A DNA stretch of 64,000 nt from Felis catus (lineage: Eukaryota): contig NC_058368.1 of the NCBI RefSeq assembly GCF_018350175.1, positions 70,868,001 to 70,932,000 of the forward strand, in the 5' to 3' direction. How positions within the stretch are numbered: position 1 is the first letter of the stretch; every line of letters starts with the position of its first letter. Below are positions 49,706 through 60,803 of the stretch, one piece after another. The position numbers and the translations under genes were made by a program. The notes under the pieces were generated by a model, which did not search any database, was not told the DNA's origin, and saw nothing but the letters and a program-made list of their open reading frames with translations.

Positions 49706-50417
49706 TATAGTGAGGGCTCTTTTAGATATAGTTACCTGTTTGCAACCTCTCGGCTCATCGTTGTTTCTTGGATCCCACTACCTTCTTCAGGATTCAGTCT
49801 TTTGTATTATGAAATATACCTTTGGTCACTTCAGTAAAAGTACGAGAGTAGTAACTTCTTTCAGCCTGTGTCTGGAAAATGTATTTATTTTGCCCCAATT
49901 TTGAATGATAACTTAATAAATTCAAGACTAAGTGTTATTTCCTTCAATACTTGGAAAACATTGTTCCATTATTTGGGGGTTTATTTTGCTACTGGGGAAC
50001 AGCAAAATTTTTCTTTCTTCATGAGTAATTATTTTTTCTGGGTTTTTGTTTTTGGTTTGTTGTTGTGTTTCTTAATGAGGTGTTTTGTAGGCTCACTGCC
50101 ATATGTGTAGGTGTTGATCTGTGTTTATTTATCCAGCTCATGAATGTGCTTCTTCAATCTGAGAACTTAAATATTGCTTTCACTTCTGAAAATGTATAGT
50201 CATGAATCTTCATTCTTTCTGTTCTTAGACATTTATTGTAATGTCTCATTTTGCCCTTTTTGTTTCCTATCTTCATGACTTCTGTCACCTACTGTCTGTG
50301 CCGTGTTCTGTATGGTTTCCTTTCGTCCATCCTATAGTTTAGTAATTCTTTGTCAGCTAATCTACTGTTTTACTTAGTTCCATAATTATATTTTTTTCTT
50401 TTTAAAAATGCTATTTG

Positions 50418-50618
50418 GGGGTGCCTGGGTGGCTCAGTTAAGCGTCCAACTCTTGATTTCAGCTCAGGTCATGCATGATCTTACTGTTTGTGAGATTAAG
50501 CCCCATTTTGGGCCTTGCACTGACAACACAGAGCCTGCTTGGGATTTTCTCTCTCCCCCTCTCTCTGTCCCTCCCCCGCTTGCACTTCTCTTGTTCTCTC
50601 TAAATAAATAAACATTTT
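50418..50618 (+). mobile_element. CAN-SINE
   Basis: TSD AAAATGCTATTTG. Confidence 0.94.
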
Positions 50619-51547
50619 TAAAATGCTATTTGATTCTCTTTCAAATTAATTTTAATTTTTAATACTGTCCTTTTTTTTAATGCTTACTATTCCTTCTTGG
50701 GTCATGTTAATAACTTCAAATGTATACTTCAGACTCCTTCTTAGGTTTTCATTTATTTCTATTTCCCAGGTACCTGTTCACCTTTACATTGTACTTGCTC
50801 ACTGTCCCACCTGCTGGTTTATTTCTTCATATGATTGGGACTCTTTATTGTAAGCTCCTCTTCAGCAGGGATTATTTTTGACTTTGGGAGTCCAAGTGCC
50901 CTGAATTGTGGATACATTTTTGCAGCACTACTTTGCATTTTTCTTCTACAAACCAAGACTCAGTTGTTTCAGGGTCTTGAACTCAAGTTAATTGTAATTT
51001 CTCTGTTTGTAACTTCCAACCCATCCAGGTGGTATTAACTTAATGCCTGCACTTGCTCTTAGCCTAGGTTCACAGTTTAGAGGACTCCTACAAAAAGCTT
51101 TGTTTATTTTCACAGTGCCCACACAGGCTACTTTGCCATTTCTTTGGTGGGCAGAGTTCTTCTAGTTCCTTGTTCACGGATTAGATAGCTGTTTAAGGGG
51201 TCCCTCACCTTGCACAAGCCCAAGTTGGTGTCTTCTGTCCCAGCTGGGTGTTGATACTCCAGCCCCTAGCCCTTGTTCCATGACCCTATCCCTCTGTGGA
51301 TTCAGCATCAGCTCGAGGAGGTCCAACTCTGGAATTCCTGCTGTTTTAGCACTTAGAGATTTCCCTTTCCTTTTTCTTTCAATCTCACTTAACCTTCAAA
51401 AACTTTTTTTTTTTTTTTTTGCTTTATATTATCCAGTGCTTCTGTATATTTTAAGGAGTGGGGTCTGCATCAACTTAGGCTGCCATAAACCTATTCATCT
51501 TTGTCCTCCTCAGCCCAGAAGAGTAACTAGTCCATACCAGATGCTGG

Positions 51548-51605
51548 ATGACTGACTGACTGACTGACTGACTGAACAAATGACTCAGTGAATGAATGAA
51601 TGAAT
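51548..51605. repeat. (TGAC)n/(TGAA)n simple repeat, probably an L2 tail
   Basis: Read directly. Confidence 0.75.
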
Positions 51606-52009
51606 TTTTCACCTCCAGAAGCAGGTGGAAGCAATGTGCCAGTGAATAACACCTCCTGTCTCTCCAGGGGCACTGGAACAAGCAGAATTTGCTTTTCTAT
51701 GAGGATATAAGTAAAGAGAGTTCCCAGTAAACAAAATGAAAAGAGAACAGGACTTCTTATGTGCTTTCACTGTAGTCCTGGAATAATGGAACATTTAACT
51801 GACTTCCAGTACTTGATATCCAAAGGCGGACAGAAGTGGACTGAGGAGTGAGTGCTGGTACCGTTTGCTGATGGCTCCATACAGCATGCTTACCAAGAGA
51901 AGAGATTGAAGAATTGCAGAGAACAGGACACTGGGCCTGTTTAGTTCTCCTTCTCTCCACTGTTTTTAAGAAAAGCGTGCCTTTGATGAGATATAGCTGT
52001 GGGGTCTTG

Positions 52010-52260
52010 TTTTCCATCTTATGTCAGCCACCTTTGTTAGAAGCTGGTTATTGATGCCATGCCCTGTTTTAATTCACACTTCTCTGCTAATCAATTACAG
52101 CGTTTATCCATTAATCAGGCATTCTGACAGAGTCAATAACTGCTTTTTTGGGTTTTGTCAGGGGCTGCATGTTATCAAGCAAGGAATAACATTCAGGAGC
52201 TCACTTTAAAACAGTGTGACTTTCCCAGGCCAGTGGACTTCCGGAGCAATAAACATCTAG
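52010..52260. promoter_or_regulatory. Candidate enhancer with adjacent PBX-HOX and MEIS sites
   Basis: CCATTAATCA at 52108-52117 and TGACAG at 52125-52130. Confidence 0.5.
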
Positions 52261-55200
52261 TGGGGATTTTGCATGGTTTTTTTAATATATTTGGTTGATG
52301 GGATTTTCTCACTGAACACTTCATTAGCAGGGCTCAACATTAGTGAAGTGTGGACAGGTGTACCTCTGTTTAAGAAAAACAGAAACATCAAAAGGTAATT
52401 ATTCCCATCACATATAAATGACTGCATTCACTTAAGAGTAGCCTTAAATCATGAACTTCCTTCATTCGTATTAAGTGTTTACAAACAATATCTTCTTGGC
52501 AGTGCGGTTTGAGAGCAAAGAAACTTAAAGCCACAATGTTTCCAGCTGCTACTAGTTGAAAGCCAATCAAAATTTAGAGCAAATATCTCTATAATTATAA
52601 TGTGAGTCAAGAGGAAAATATTTTGTAAACAAAAGCTGAGTTGATACACACATTTCCTTAAGCCCATCTTTTACATTAGAGTGTTTTAAACCTTCATATC
52701 CATGTCCCCATACATGTGTTCACGCATTTAAGCACCCCTCAGGCTTTATAACTTGTTACAGCGTATTCACCTATTATAAAGTGTCACAGAAATGAAAACT
52801 TTTCCTTTCAGAGACAGAGGTGGCAATGTTTAATTGGAGAGTTACAGTTTGGGTAGTTAAGTTTGCCGCACATAATGATGGTAACAGGTTTCAGTGATCT
52901 TTTTTTTTTATGACAGATGTACCAACATTTAATTGTTTTTCATCAAGGGTGGAGAGAAAAGACACTTCTGTAGATTTTTCAATTCTCCTACGTGTCACTT
53001 AGCTGTCCTCACCATTGTCTAAGCTCCTTTCTCTCATCCTTTTTGCTGCAATGCCTTGTGTCATTCCCTCATGATCAGCACTTTTGTTGTCTTTGTTTTT
53101 TGCTGTACCTCAGAAGTCCATCTTTTCTTTCATCTCCTTCCCATTCATGCATGAGGGAACAGTTGTGCCCTGTTGTGGGGATGTTCCGCTGGGTTTCAAA
53201 CAGTAGGGTTTCTTTTTATTCTCTTCTAAGTAGTACAATGGGGCTGAATGTCTGTTGCAGAATGCACACACTAATATGCCAGGTTATTTGGTTTCTAAGA
53301 AGTCAATAAAAATACTACATTTAGGCTCAGTCCTTGGCTTGCTTTTTGCCTGTTTGCCTTTAATGTCTTCGGTTATAAATCTGTTTGTTTCTGATAGTAA
53401 AATATAATCTTCCATATTAGATTGAAGCGTGGAATCAACAAACAGAAAAATGTTCCTGGCGGTGGAGTATTTTCACACTAGCAGATTTGGCAGTCTGCAC
53501 CCTCCCTCGATAAGAGCCTTGAAACAGCCGCCAGAGCTAATTAATGGCAGCTACAACTCAGAGAGGAGGGAGAAAGAGAGTGGATCCTAACTTCGTCTTG
53601 GCAAAACTTTCCAGTGTGAGAAAGTAGCACGTCTCTGCATTTAGAGGTGTGCGGCTTTGACTATTTTCGCCCAGATCACCTTGCTTGATTGTTGTTTTGG
53701 GTGGGGAGGTAAGTGTGAGCATGAGTGTACCTAGTTATAGACACAGACCCAGAGGCCATCCCAGCAGTAAAAGGCTAAAGACATAAAAAGCCAGAGATGT
53801 CTTAAGACACTTTGTTCTCATATTCAGGAACAATCTTCAAAATCCTCCTTAATGAGGTCATAAAAGAAAAAAATGGAACAAGTGTTCCTTGTGTATCTCA
53901 CTAGGGCATGCAGTCAGGGTCACTTGCCACCAGTATCCTATTTAAAAAGGGATTGGGGTAGTTCAATCAAGCATTGCATTAAGAGAGAGACTTTGATTAA
54001 TTCCTTCTCCTTTCTTTTGTGCCACAGATAATTTCAGTAAATTTGTGATACTTTCTGCTTAGCTATCACTGGGGCTTAAAGTTCTGGATGCGTCATGCTG
54101 AGTATTAGCATTTATCGGGCCTACTTGGTGATGGTGAAGAGGAGTGTATGCTACAGACAGCTGTCTAATCTTTGACAGGCAGGGCTGGTCTTTAAACATG
54201 ACCATTATCTGAGATCTTAGCGTAGGGAAGTTTCTGCTCTCAGGTTGGTGGAAAGAAATCTTGGTGCGAAAGAAGGAAAGACTCAGCAGTAAGGAAGATG
54301 GTGATTTATCATGGCTAACTTTTTTAAAGGTACTGGATCTGCCTCTCAGCTTGGGTAAGTTTCAGGGATGGCTCTCAAAGGAAACAAAAGCAAGAAAGGG
54401 ACAAGTGAGTGCTGGCAATGTGTGCTTTCACTGAGGCTGCAGCGGGGGAGTTGCAGATTGGCCCCCGGACGGTCAGGATCAGGTAGGAAATTGGATTCTA
54501 TTGTCATTTGTTTTCTTTTATTTACCAGCTTTGTTTGTCGAGAGGCCCTCAGAGATATGAAGGGTCATTTTAGCACCATGCTGTAGAAACCTAGTGTCAA
54601 ATGTCAAGTCTTCTGGTTGTTTAGACCTAGAAGCAAGTTAGGGTATATTTCAAGCACTTAGTTTTCAAAAACTCAATCACATCCCTGTTGTATTTTATAA
54701 GCTGATTTTGAAAAGGTATATAATGTTTACTTTGTCAGCAATGGAAGGTCTGTTAGGTATCTGTACTTTTAGGTGTCACTGAAAAGTTGGATTTGGGTTC
54801 TGATGGACCAGAACAGCTCCCAGGGGGCATTGTGATGGTGGGTAAATCCCTTTCTGTTTGCGGTTTACTCACTGGATGCACTAAATCAGTTCTTCGGGCT
54901 GCTCCTTTCTGTTCAGTTAATTCAGCCACTGCACATGCGCATGAAGGCAACAGGTTAATACTCCTCACTTAAGATAGTTTTAGGTATGGATAGATAGAAT
55001 CCCTTCTTTAACAGTTGAAGCATTTGTTTTTCTGTTGAAAGTGAGGTAGTTACGTTGGTTTTCATGAATTTATACATCAGATATATTTATGTTAAGGCAA
55101 CAAGTTAAAGCAGGATTTTAGAGTGAATTTTAAAGTATGTCTCATGATAATTATTACTGTCCTGCTAAAGATTTAATAGCCAATCGTAAGGGTTTTTTAA

Positions 55201-55978
55201 ATTATTAGTGTAAAATGAATAAGATGTTAGATTTCTCATAGATTCTGTTTTGGTGTATTTCCAGATTAAAGACCCAAAGATGAATTCATTCATTCAAATG
55301 ATTTATTAAATTCCTACCTTATGCCAGGCTCATAGAATTATAGCACTATTGTTGTCGATGTAATTGGTTTTTAACTTGTATTTATAATGATTATTATAAA
55401 TAGGGGAAACCTCTAAGTATGCTAGTTTTTGATAATCAGCTTTAACTGTGAGAGTGAACATGTTCTCTGTGAAGCATGTCTGTGAATAGATTATTCGAGC
55501 CTGACCATAGTTTTTGGAATGCTAACTGAAGTTGCATGATTGATCGATTTTTTTTTTTTTCATATTTGAAACTGGAGAGAGCTATGGAGGCAGAGTAGTG
55601 TCATGAGAAGGATAAAGGCTTTCACTGACTTTTCCTCACCTGAAAGGGAAGAGCCCACAACTCAGGGCTTGGTATGAGAATCAAGTTCTATGATTGTGGT
55701 GAAGGGAGCCAACACAGCGAGTCCTCCGTGAATGACCCTCCCCCCACTCCCTTGTTCTAAGAAATCGGTATCTACAGGGCATCAAGTATTTACATTCTGA
55801 TTCCCGTCCTGCATGCTGAAGGCCAGGGAAGTTACCTGGTCACACTTTCTCTGTGCCACCAAAAAGGGTGTGAAGATGTGTGTTCAGAACCTCATCACTG
55901 TGAAAAATACCTCAAAGACTTTTTAGGTCCAGGGATTGCCTGCTTCATTTGCTTATAGGAAACATAATCTCAGACATT

Positions 55979-56189
55979 TAAAAAAAATTTTTTTTATGTT
56001 TATTTGTTTTTGAGAGAGAGAGCACAAGCAGGGGAGGGGTAGAGAGAGAGGGAGACACGGGATCTGAAGCAGACTCCAGGCTCTGAGCTGTCAGCACAGA
56101 GCCTGACACGGGACTCAAACCCATGAACCATGAGATCATGACCTGAGCCAAAGTCGGACGCTCAACCAGCTGAGTCACCCAGGCGCCCC
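55979..56189 (-). mobile_element. CAN-SINE
   Basis: TSD CATAATnnCAGACATTT. Confidence 0.95.
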
Positions 56190-56828
56190 CATAATTGCAG
56201 ACATTTTTAGTAGTTCCTACAATGGAAATACTCCAAATGTTGCTTTTTTACACAAAATCAGCATGATGATTGCTGAGAAGAAAGAGGTCATGGCCTTTCT
56301 CAACAAAAATCCAGGGTTGCTGGTTCTTTTTTCAGAGAAAGGTCTCAGAGAGCAGACAAGGTCTTCTCATAAAATCGGAGGACTGTGATCCTCTGGACAC
56401 CTCACCTTCTGAAACCAAGTGGAAAAAAGGAATGAGCATAAGCACATTTCAGCCTCCCCAAACCTCCTTATGGTCAGATATGGCATCCAGTAAGGCGCAA
56501 AAGTAGGCCACCAAGCAAACAAGTGATTTCCTTTGAAACATAGGTTAAGTAAGAGATCCGGCTTTTAAACATATACCTAGTTCTCTCTCCCATAGCCGAT
56601 GTGTAATAATTGCTGGCTGAAGAAAATTGTCCTGTTTACCTTAGAATAGATATCATAGGAAATGACACCTTTGCCTTTATTTACAGAGGATATATTAGTA
56701 TTAATTAATTACAGAGGATATATTAGTAATACAGATCCCATTATGCTACTTTTAATGTGTTTTATAATGAGAATTCCTCAAAATCCATTCAGTATAAATT
56801 GGGTCCTTCTCAATACTTAAACATAGTA

Positions 56829-56877
56829 CTCTCTCTGTGTGTCTCAAAAATAAATAAATAGACTTAAAAAAAAAAAG
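56829..56877 (+). mobile_element. Severely 5'-truncated CAN-SINE tail
   Basis: (CT)n-CAAAAATAAATAAATA-A tail only. Confidence 0.7.
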
Positions 56878-56880
56878 GAG

Positions 56881-57089
56881 GGGGGCTCCTGTGGCTTAGT
56901 CGGTTAAGTGTCTGACTTTGGCTCAGGTCATGATTTCACAGTTCGTGAGTTTGAGCCCCGCATCAGGTTCCGTGCTGACAGTGCGGAGCCTGCTTGGGAT
57001 TCTCTCTCTCTTCTTCTCTCTCTTCCCCTACCCTGTGCTCGTGCTCTGTCTCTCTCTTTCTAAAAAACAAACTTAAAAAAATAAATAAA
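56881..57089 (+). mobile_element. CAN-SINE
   Basis: Full body. Confidence 0.93.
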
Positions 57090-57477
57090 GATAGCAGGGT
57101 TTTTTTGAGATATCTAACACAGGTGTTGCTCCTGCTTTGGAATGCTGAAAATTTTCTGCATAATTCTGTTCTGGGAGTTCTGTGGGGACTTGCTGTTAGA
57201 GCTAAGGAAAAGCGTAATGGCAAGGACCATTTACTTGTCTTCTTGCAGATCAGGATGAAAGGCTCTATTAAATGTTCTTGCTCATACTAAGTTGGAGGAC
57301 AAGTAGCACTGGAAATAACGGTTTGTGCTGGGAGAAGGTGTCTTGTGTGCCGCACACATTGTGGGCAACCAGCAAATGCACTCAGCCATTTCTGTGAGGA
57401 TAATGTCTATATGACCTTAGCCACAAGGTCCTCCACGTAGGTCAGTTACTAAACCTATCTTTAAATGGCCTTTTAAA

Positions 57478-57711
57478 TTAAAAAAAATTTTTTTTAATTT
57501 TTTTTTGTTTATTTTTTTTTTGAGAGCAAGAGAGACAGAGTGCAAGTGGGGGAGGGCAGAGAGAGAGGGAGACACAGAATCTGAAGTAGGCTCCAGGTTC
57601 CGAGCTGTCAGCACTGAGCCTGATGAGGGGCTCGAACTCAAGGACCAAAGACCGTAAGATCATGACCTGAGCCAAAGTCGGATGCTTAACTGACTGAGCC
57701 ACCCAGGTGCC
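57478..57711 (-). mobile_element. CAN-SINE
   Basis: Full body. Confidence 0.94.
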
Positions 57712-59175
57712 AGGTGGCCTCTTAGATCAGACTCCTTTTTCAGCCATCTGCTTGAATACGAATTCTACTTAAGGAAAAGACTTAAGGGAGTGTTGGTTGG
57801 TGGTGATTGTTGTGTTTCTCTGAGGCACAGTTTCAAGTCAGTGAGATGTGTGCTTTGGATACGTGGCTCTGTTTGGCACTGAATATCCTCAGAGTTTGAT
57901 GAGTTCTGGCAATGTACATAAATGGGAGGATGGAAAAGAGAAATCAGAAAGTACATCACCACCCCCTCCCACCCCTCCCCTCCAGAGGGAACCGAAGAAA
58001 GTGCAGGTGGACATTGGCCCACTGATGAGACACTCCAGAGTCATTGACGATTCTTTCTCTTTCTCTGTCAGTTAGCAAAGTGTGATTTTCTTCTGTTAAT
58101 AAAGTTTAGGAAAAAGGAGAAAGAGGAGCACTGCATCCTTAACCACTTGTACTGGAGCATCTGGCATTTATGACTGTCCTGACTCCTAATTCCACTGCAC
58201 CCCACCTCCCACCCCAATCAGTGCTTTGTTACTATTGTTAGTGTTGTTGCAAGACCAGCCTCTGTCTGGAGGGTGGGCAGGAGCTGGAGTGCTGTTGGGC
58301 CCCATCTTTCCAGGGGCTTGTCACCATAGCTGTGGACCTCAAGTAACACCGCACTGAGGTGCTCAGGACACTGACCTCTTAGTCGGCAGTGAAGGTATCA
58401 CATTCCTGCTTTATTGTATTGCATTCTGTATCTGTTGAAATTTGACTAGCAGATGTGGTAGAACTGGTCCATACCAGGCCTGCAAGTGCAAGGACAGTGT
58501 GGCAGGCCTGGTGGCAGGCAGGAGGCACAGCAAATGGGCCCTATGGGGGCAGCCCCAGTGCCAGCAAAGCCTGGGCAGAAAGCACTTGGCTGCATCGGTC
58601 TCTTTGTCAGTGAGGAATGAGGATTGCCACTTGAAGCTCTTGCCCTTCTGTCTTTCCTCAGGACAAGTGCTGTTAGGTCCAAGAGGAGAGGCAAGTGGTT
58701 CTCTACTCACTTGGAGATAGGGTGACACTGGGGACAGGGCAGCCTCTGAGCAGTGGCTTGCAGGGCGGGCTGGCCACACATGGCCTCAGAGCTGAGGGAG
58801 CAGCAAAGCAACCCAAGATGATTCTGTAGGGAAGCCAAGGTGCAGAGGCCACAGCCTGCAGTCCCCGTGTGAAAGACCACAACCTTCCCTGCACTGCACC
58901 AGCCTGAGAGGTGAGCCCCCAGGAGCCCCAGAGCAAGCTTCTCTGGGAGGTGTTCAGGGAGGAGGGGTGTGGCTGTGCTGTGCTTTGTTAATATAGGCCA
59001 GATATTGGCAGGTTGCACTGCATTAAAAAATTAACACGGATGAAAAAGTTGTATGGATTAGTATAGTCAAAATAGGGCTGGCAAAGCCTGCTTTAAAAGT
59101 TGAGGATGACTTTAATTAAATAAAAGCCTAGCAGCAGAATAAATGTCTAGCTTGCTTTCAAAAAACAATAGGAGA

Positions 59176-59384
59176 GGGGTGCCTGGGTGGCTCAGTAGGT
59201 GGAGCATCTGACTTCGGCTCAGGTCATGATCTCACGGTTCATGAGTTTGAGGCCCCTTGTTGGGCTCTCTGCTGTCAGCACAGAGCCTTCTTTGGATCCT
59301 CTGTACTCCTCTTCCTCTGCTCCTCCCTGCTTGTACTCTCTGTGTCTCTCGAAATAAATAAATAAACTTAAAAAATGTTTTTAA
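59176..59384 (+). mobile_element. CAN-SINE
   Basis: TSD AATARGAGA. Confidence 0.94.
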
Positions 59385-60462
59385 ATAAGAGAATACCTCA
59401 AAGCATTGAATCATCTGATTCCACCAGAAGAACAGGAACATTTGCTATTGATGAGGTTGTGATGGATGATGGAGAAGCCATACACTGGTTTCAGAAGTGT
59501 GAGAAGACAGAGGTTGTGGGCTGGGGGAGTGCTAGCAGGAGAGTGCTAGTGCACATGCTTTTTGTGTAGAGTGTGAGGCAAATGGACCGTGACAGCACCG
59601 GGTGATGGAGAGGGCACAGGGAGAAGGGAGCCTAGAAATCCCCTGACACAGAAAAGGTCTGTGCTGGCATGTCTCACTTCTTTGTTTTCTAGCTAAGAAG
59701 TAAACTGAATAACAAACTCCCCACCAACATGGTTTCACATTGCTTTAGCTTTTCAGGAACCAGTACTTCAGTTTTTTAGTGCGAACTGTCACTTACTTGC
59801 TTCTCCATTGGAGGCTATTGAGATGACATATATTCTTAAACATAAGAACTGTGGGTATACTTGCATGAATGGTACCAGAAGCTATGGATTTTTGCAGTAT
59901 ATTCTGCTGGGGCTTCATTTTTCTTGAGGATATTTCATTGTTTTCTTTCTTTCTGTCTCTCTTCCTCTTTTTTTTCTCTCTCTCCCCCTCCTACTGCCTG
60001 CCTTCCTCCCTCCATCCCTCCCTCCTTTTCTCTGTATGCAATAATGTTATGTAAGGACTCTTGCATCGTTCAGACCACATTGTTTTAAGGATTTCAGCAT
60101 TATATAGCAGCATTTTAAAGGTGTTTTCTTCTTTTTTTCTCTTTTCAGAGAGAAATCAGTTCCCGTGTCTCTTAAGCTATATCCACAGGAGGATTATGAT
60201 AATGAGTCACTGTTTTGTCATTTTGCTATTTTAAGTGAGTTTTAAATAAAACCTGTAGCTGGTTCATGATCACTAGGAACATCTCCATAAACTTTAGCTG
60301 CTATAAATATCCTGAGAGCTTAAAATAGAGTTAAAATATGAAAATATAGTGCTATAATAAAAAGTTTTCATTACTTTCACCCTACCTATCAACAGGACAA
60401 CTATATATTTCACCCACAAATATTTAAAAATACAACGACTTCCTTAGAAATTTCTTGACTAT

Positions 60463-60566
60463 GGGGCCCCTGGCTGGCTCAGTCATTGGAGTATGCCACT
60501 CTTGATCTTGGGGTTTTCAGTTCAAGCCCCGCATTGGGTGTAGAGATTACTTAAAAATGAAATCTT
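60463..60566 (+). mobile_element. Short CAN-SINE (SINEC_old-like)
   Basis: Outer TSD AGAAATTTCYTGACT. Confidence 0.88.
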
Positions 60567-60567
60567 C

Positions 60568-60803
60568 GGGGTGCCTGGGTGGCTCGGTTGGGCGTCCGAC
60601 TTCAGCTTAGGTCATGATCTCACAGTTTGTGTGTTTGGGCCCCGCATCAAGCTCTGTGCTGACAGCTCGGAGCCTGGAGCCTGCCTCAGATTCTGTATCT
60701 CTCTCTCTCTCTCTCCCCCCACCCCCCTGCCCCTACCCCACTCATGCTCGGTCTCTCACTCTCTCAGAAATAAATAGATATTTTTTAAAAACTTAAAAAA
60801 ATA
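60568..60803 (+). mobile_element. CAN-SINE in the tail of the short SINE
   Basis: TSD AAAATGAAAT. Confidence 0.94.

Larger units (their letters stand above)
45570..50950 (-). mobile_element. Old fragmented L1M ORF2 region hosting the SNRPG retrocopy and about 9 SINEs
   Basis: T-rich antisense L1 text, e.g. 'tattctggatattaatcccttattagatatatgatttgcaaatattttctcccattctgtgggttgcc' and 'ttgtaaatgttccatgtgtactttaaaagaatgtgtattct'. Confidence 0.75.

Noticed and set aside
60149..60234. Strong acceptor with a downstream GTGAGT donor
   Set aside because: 86 nt with in-frame stops and no homology; cannot be told apart from a pseudo-exon.
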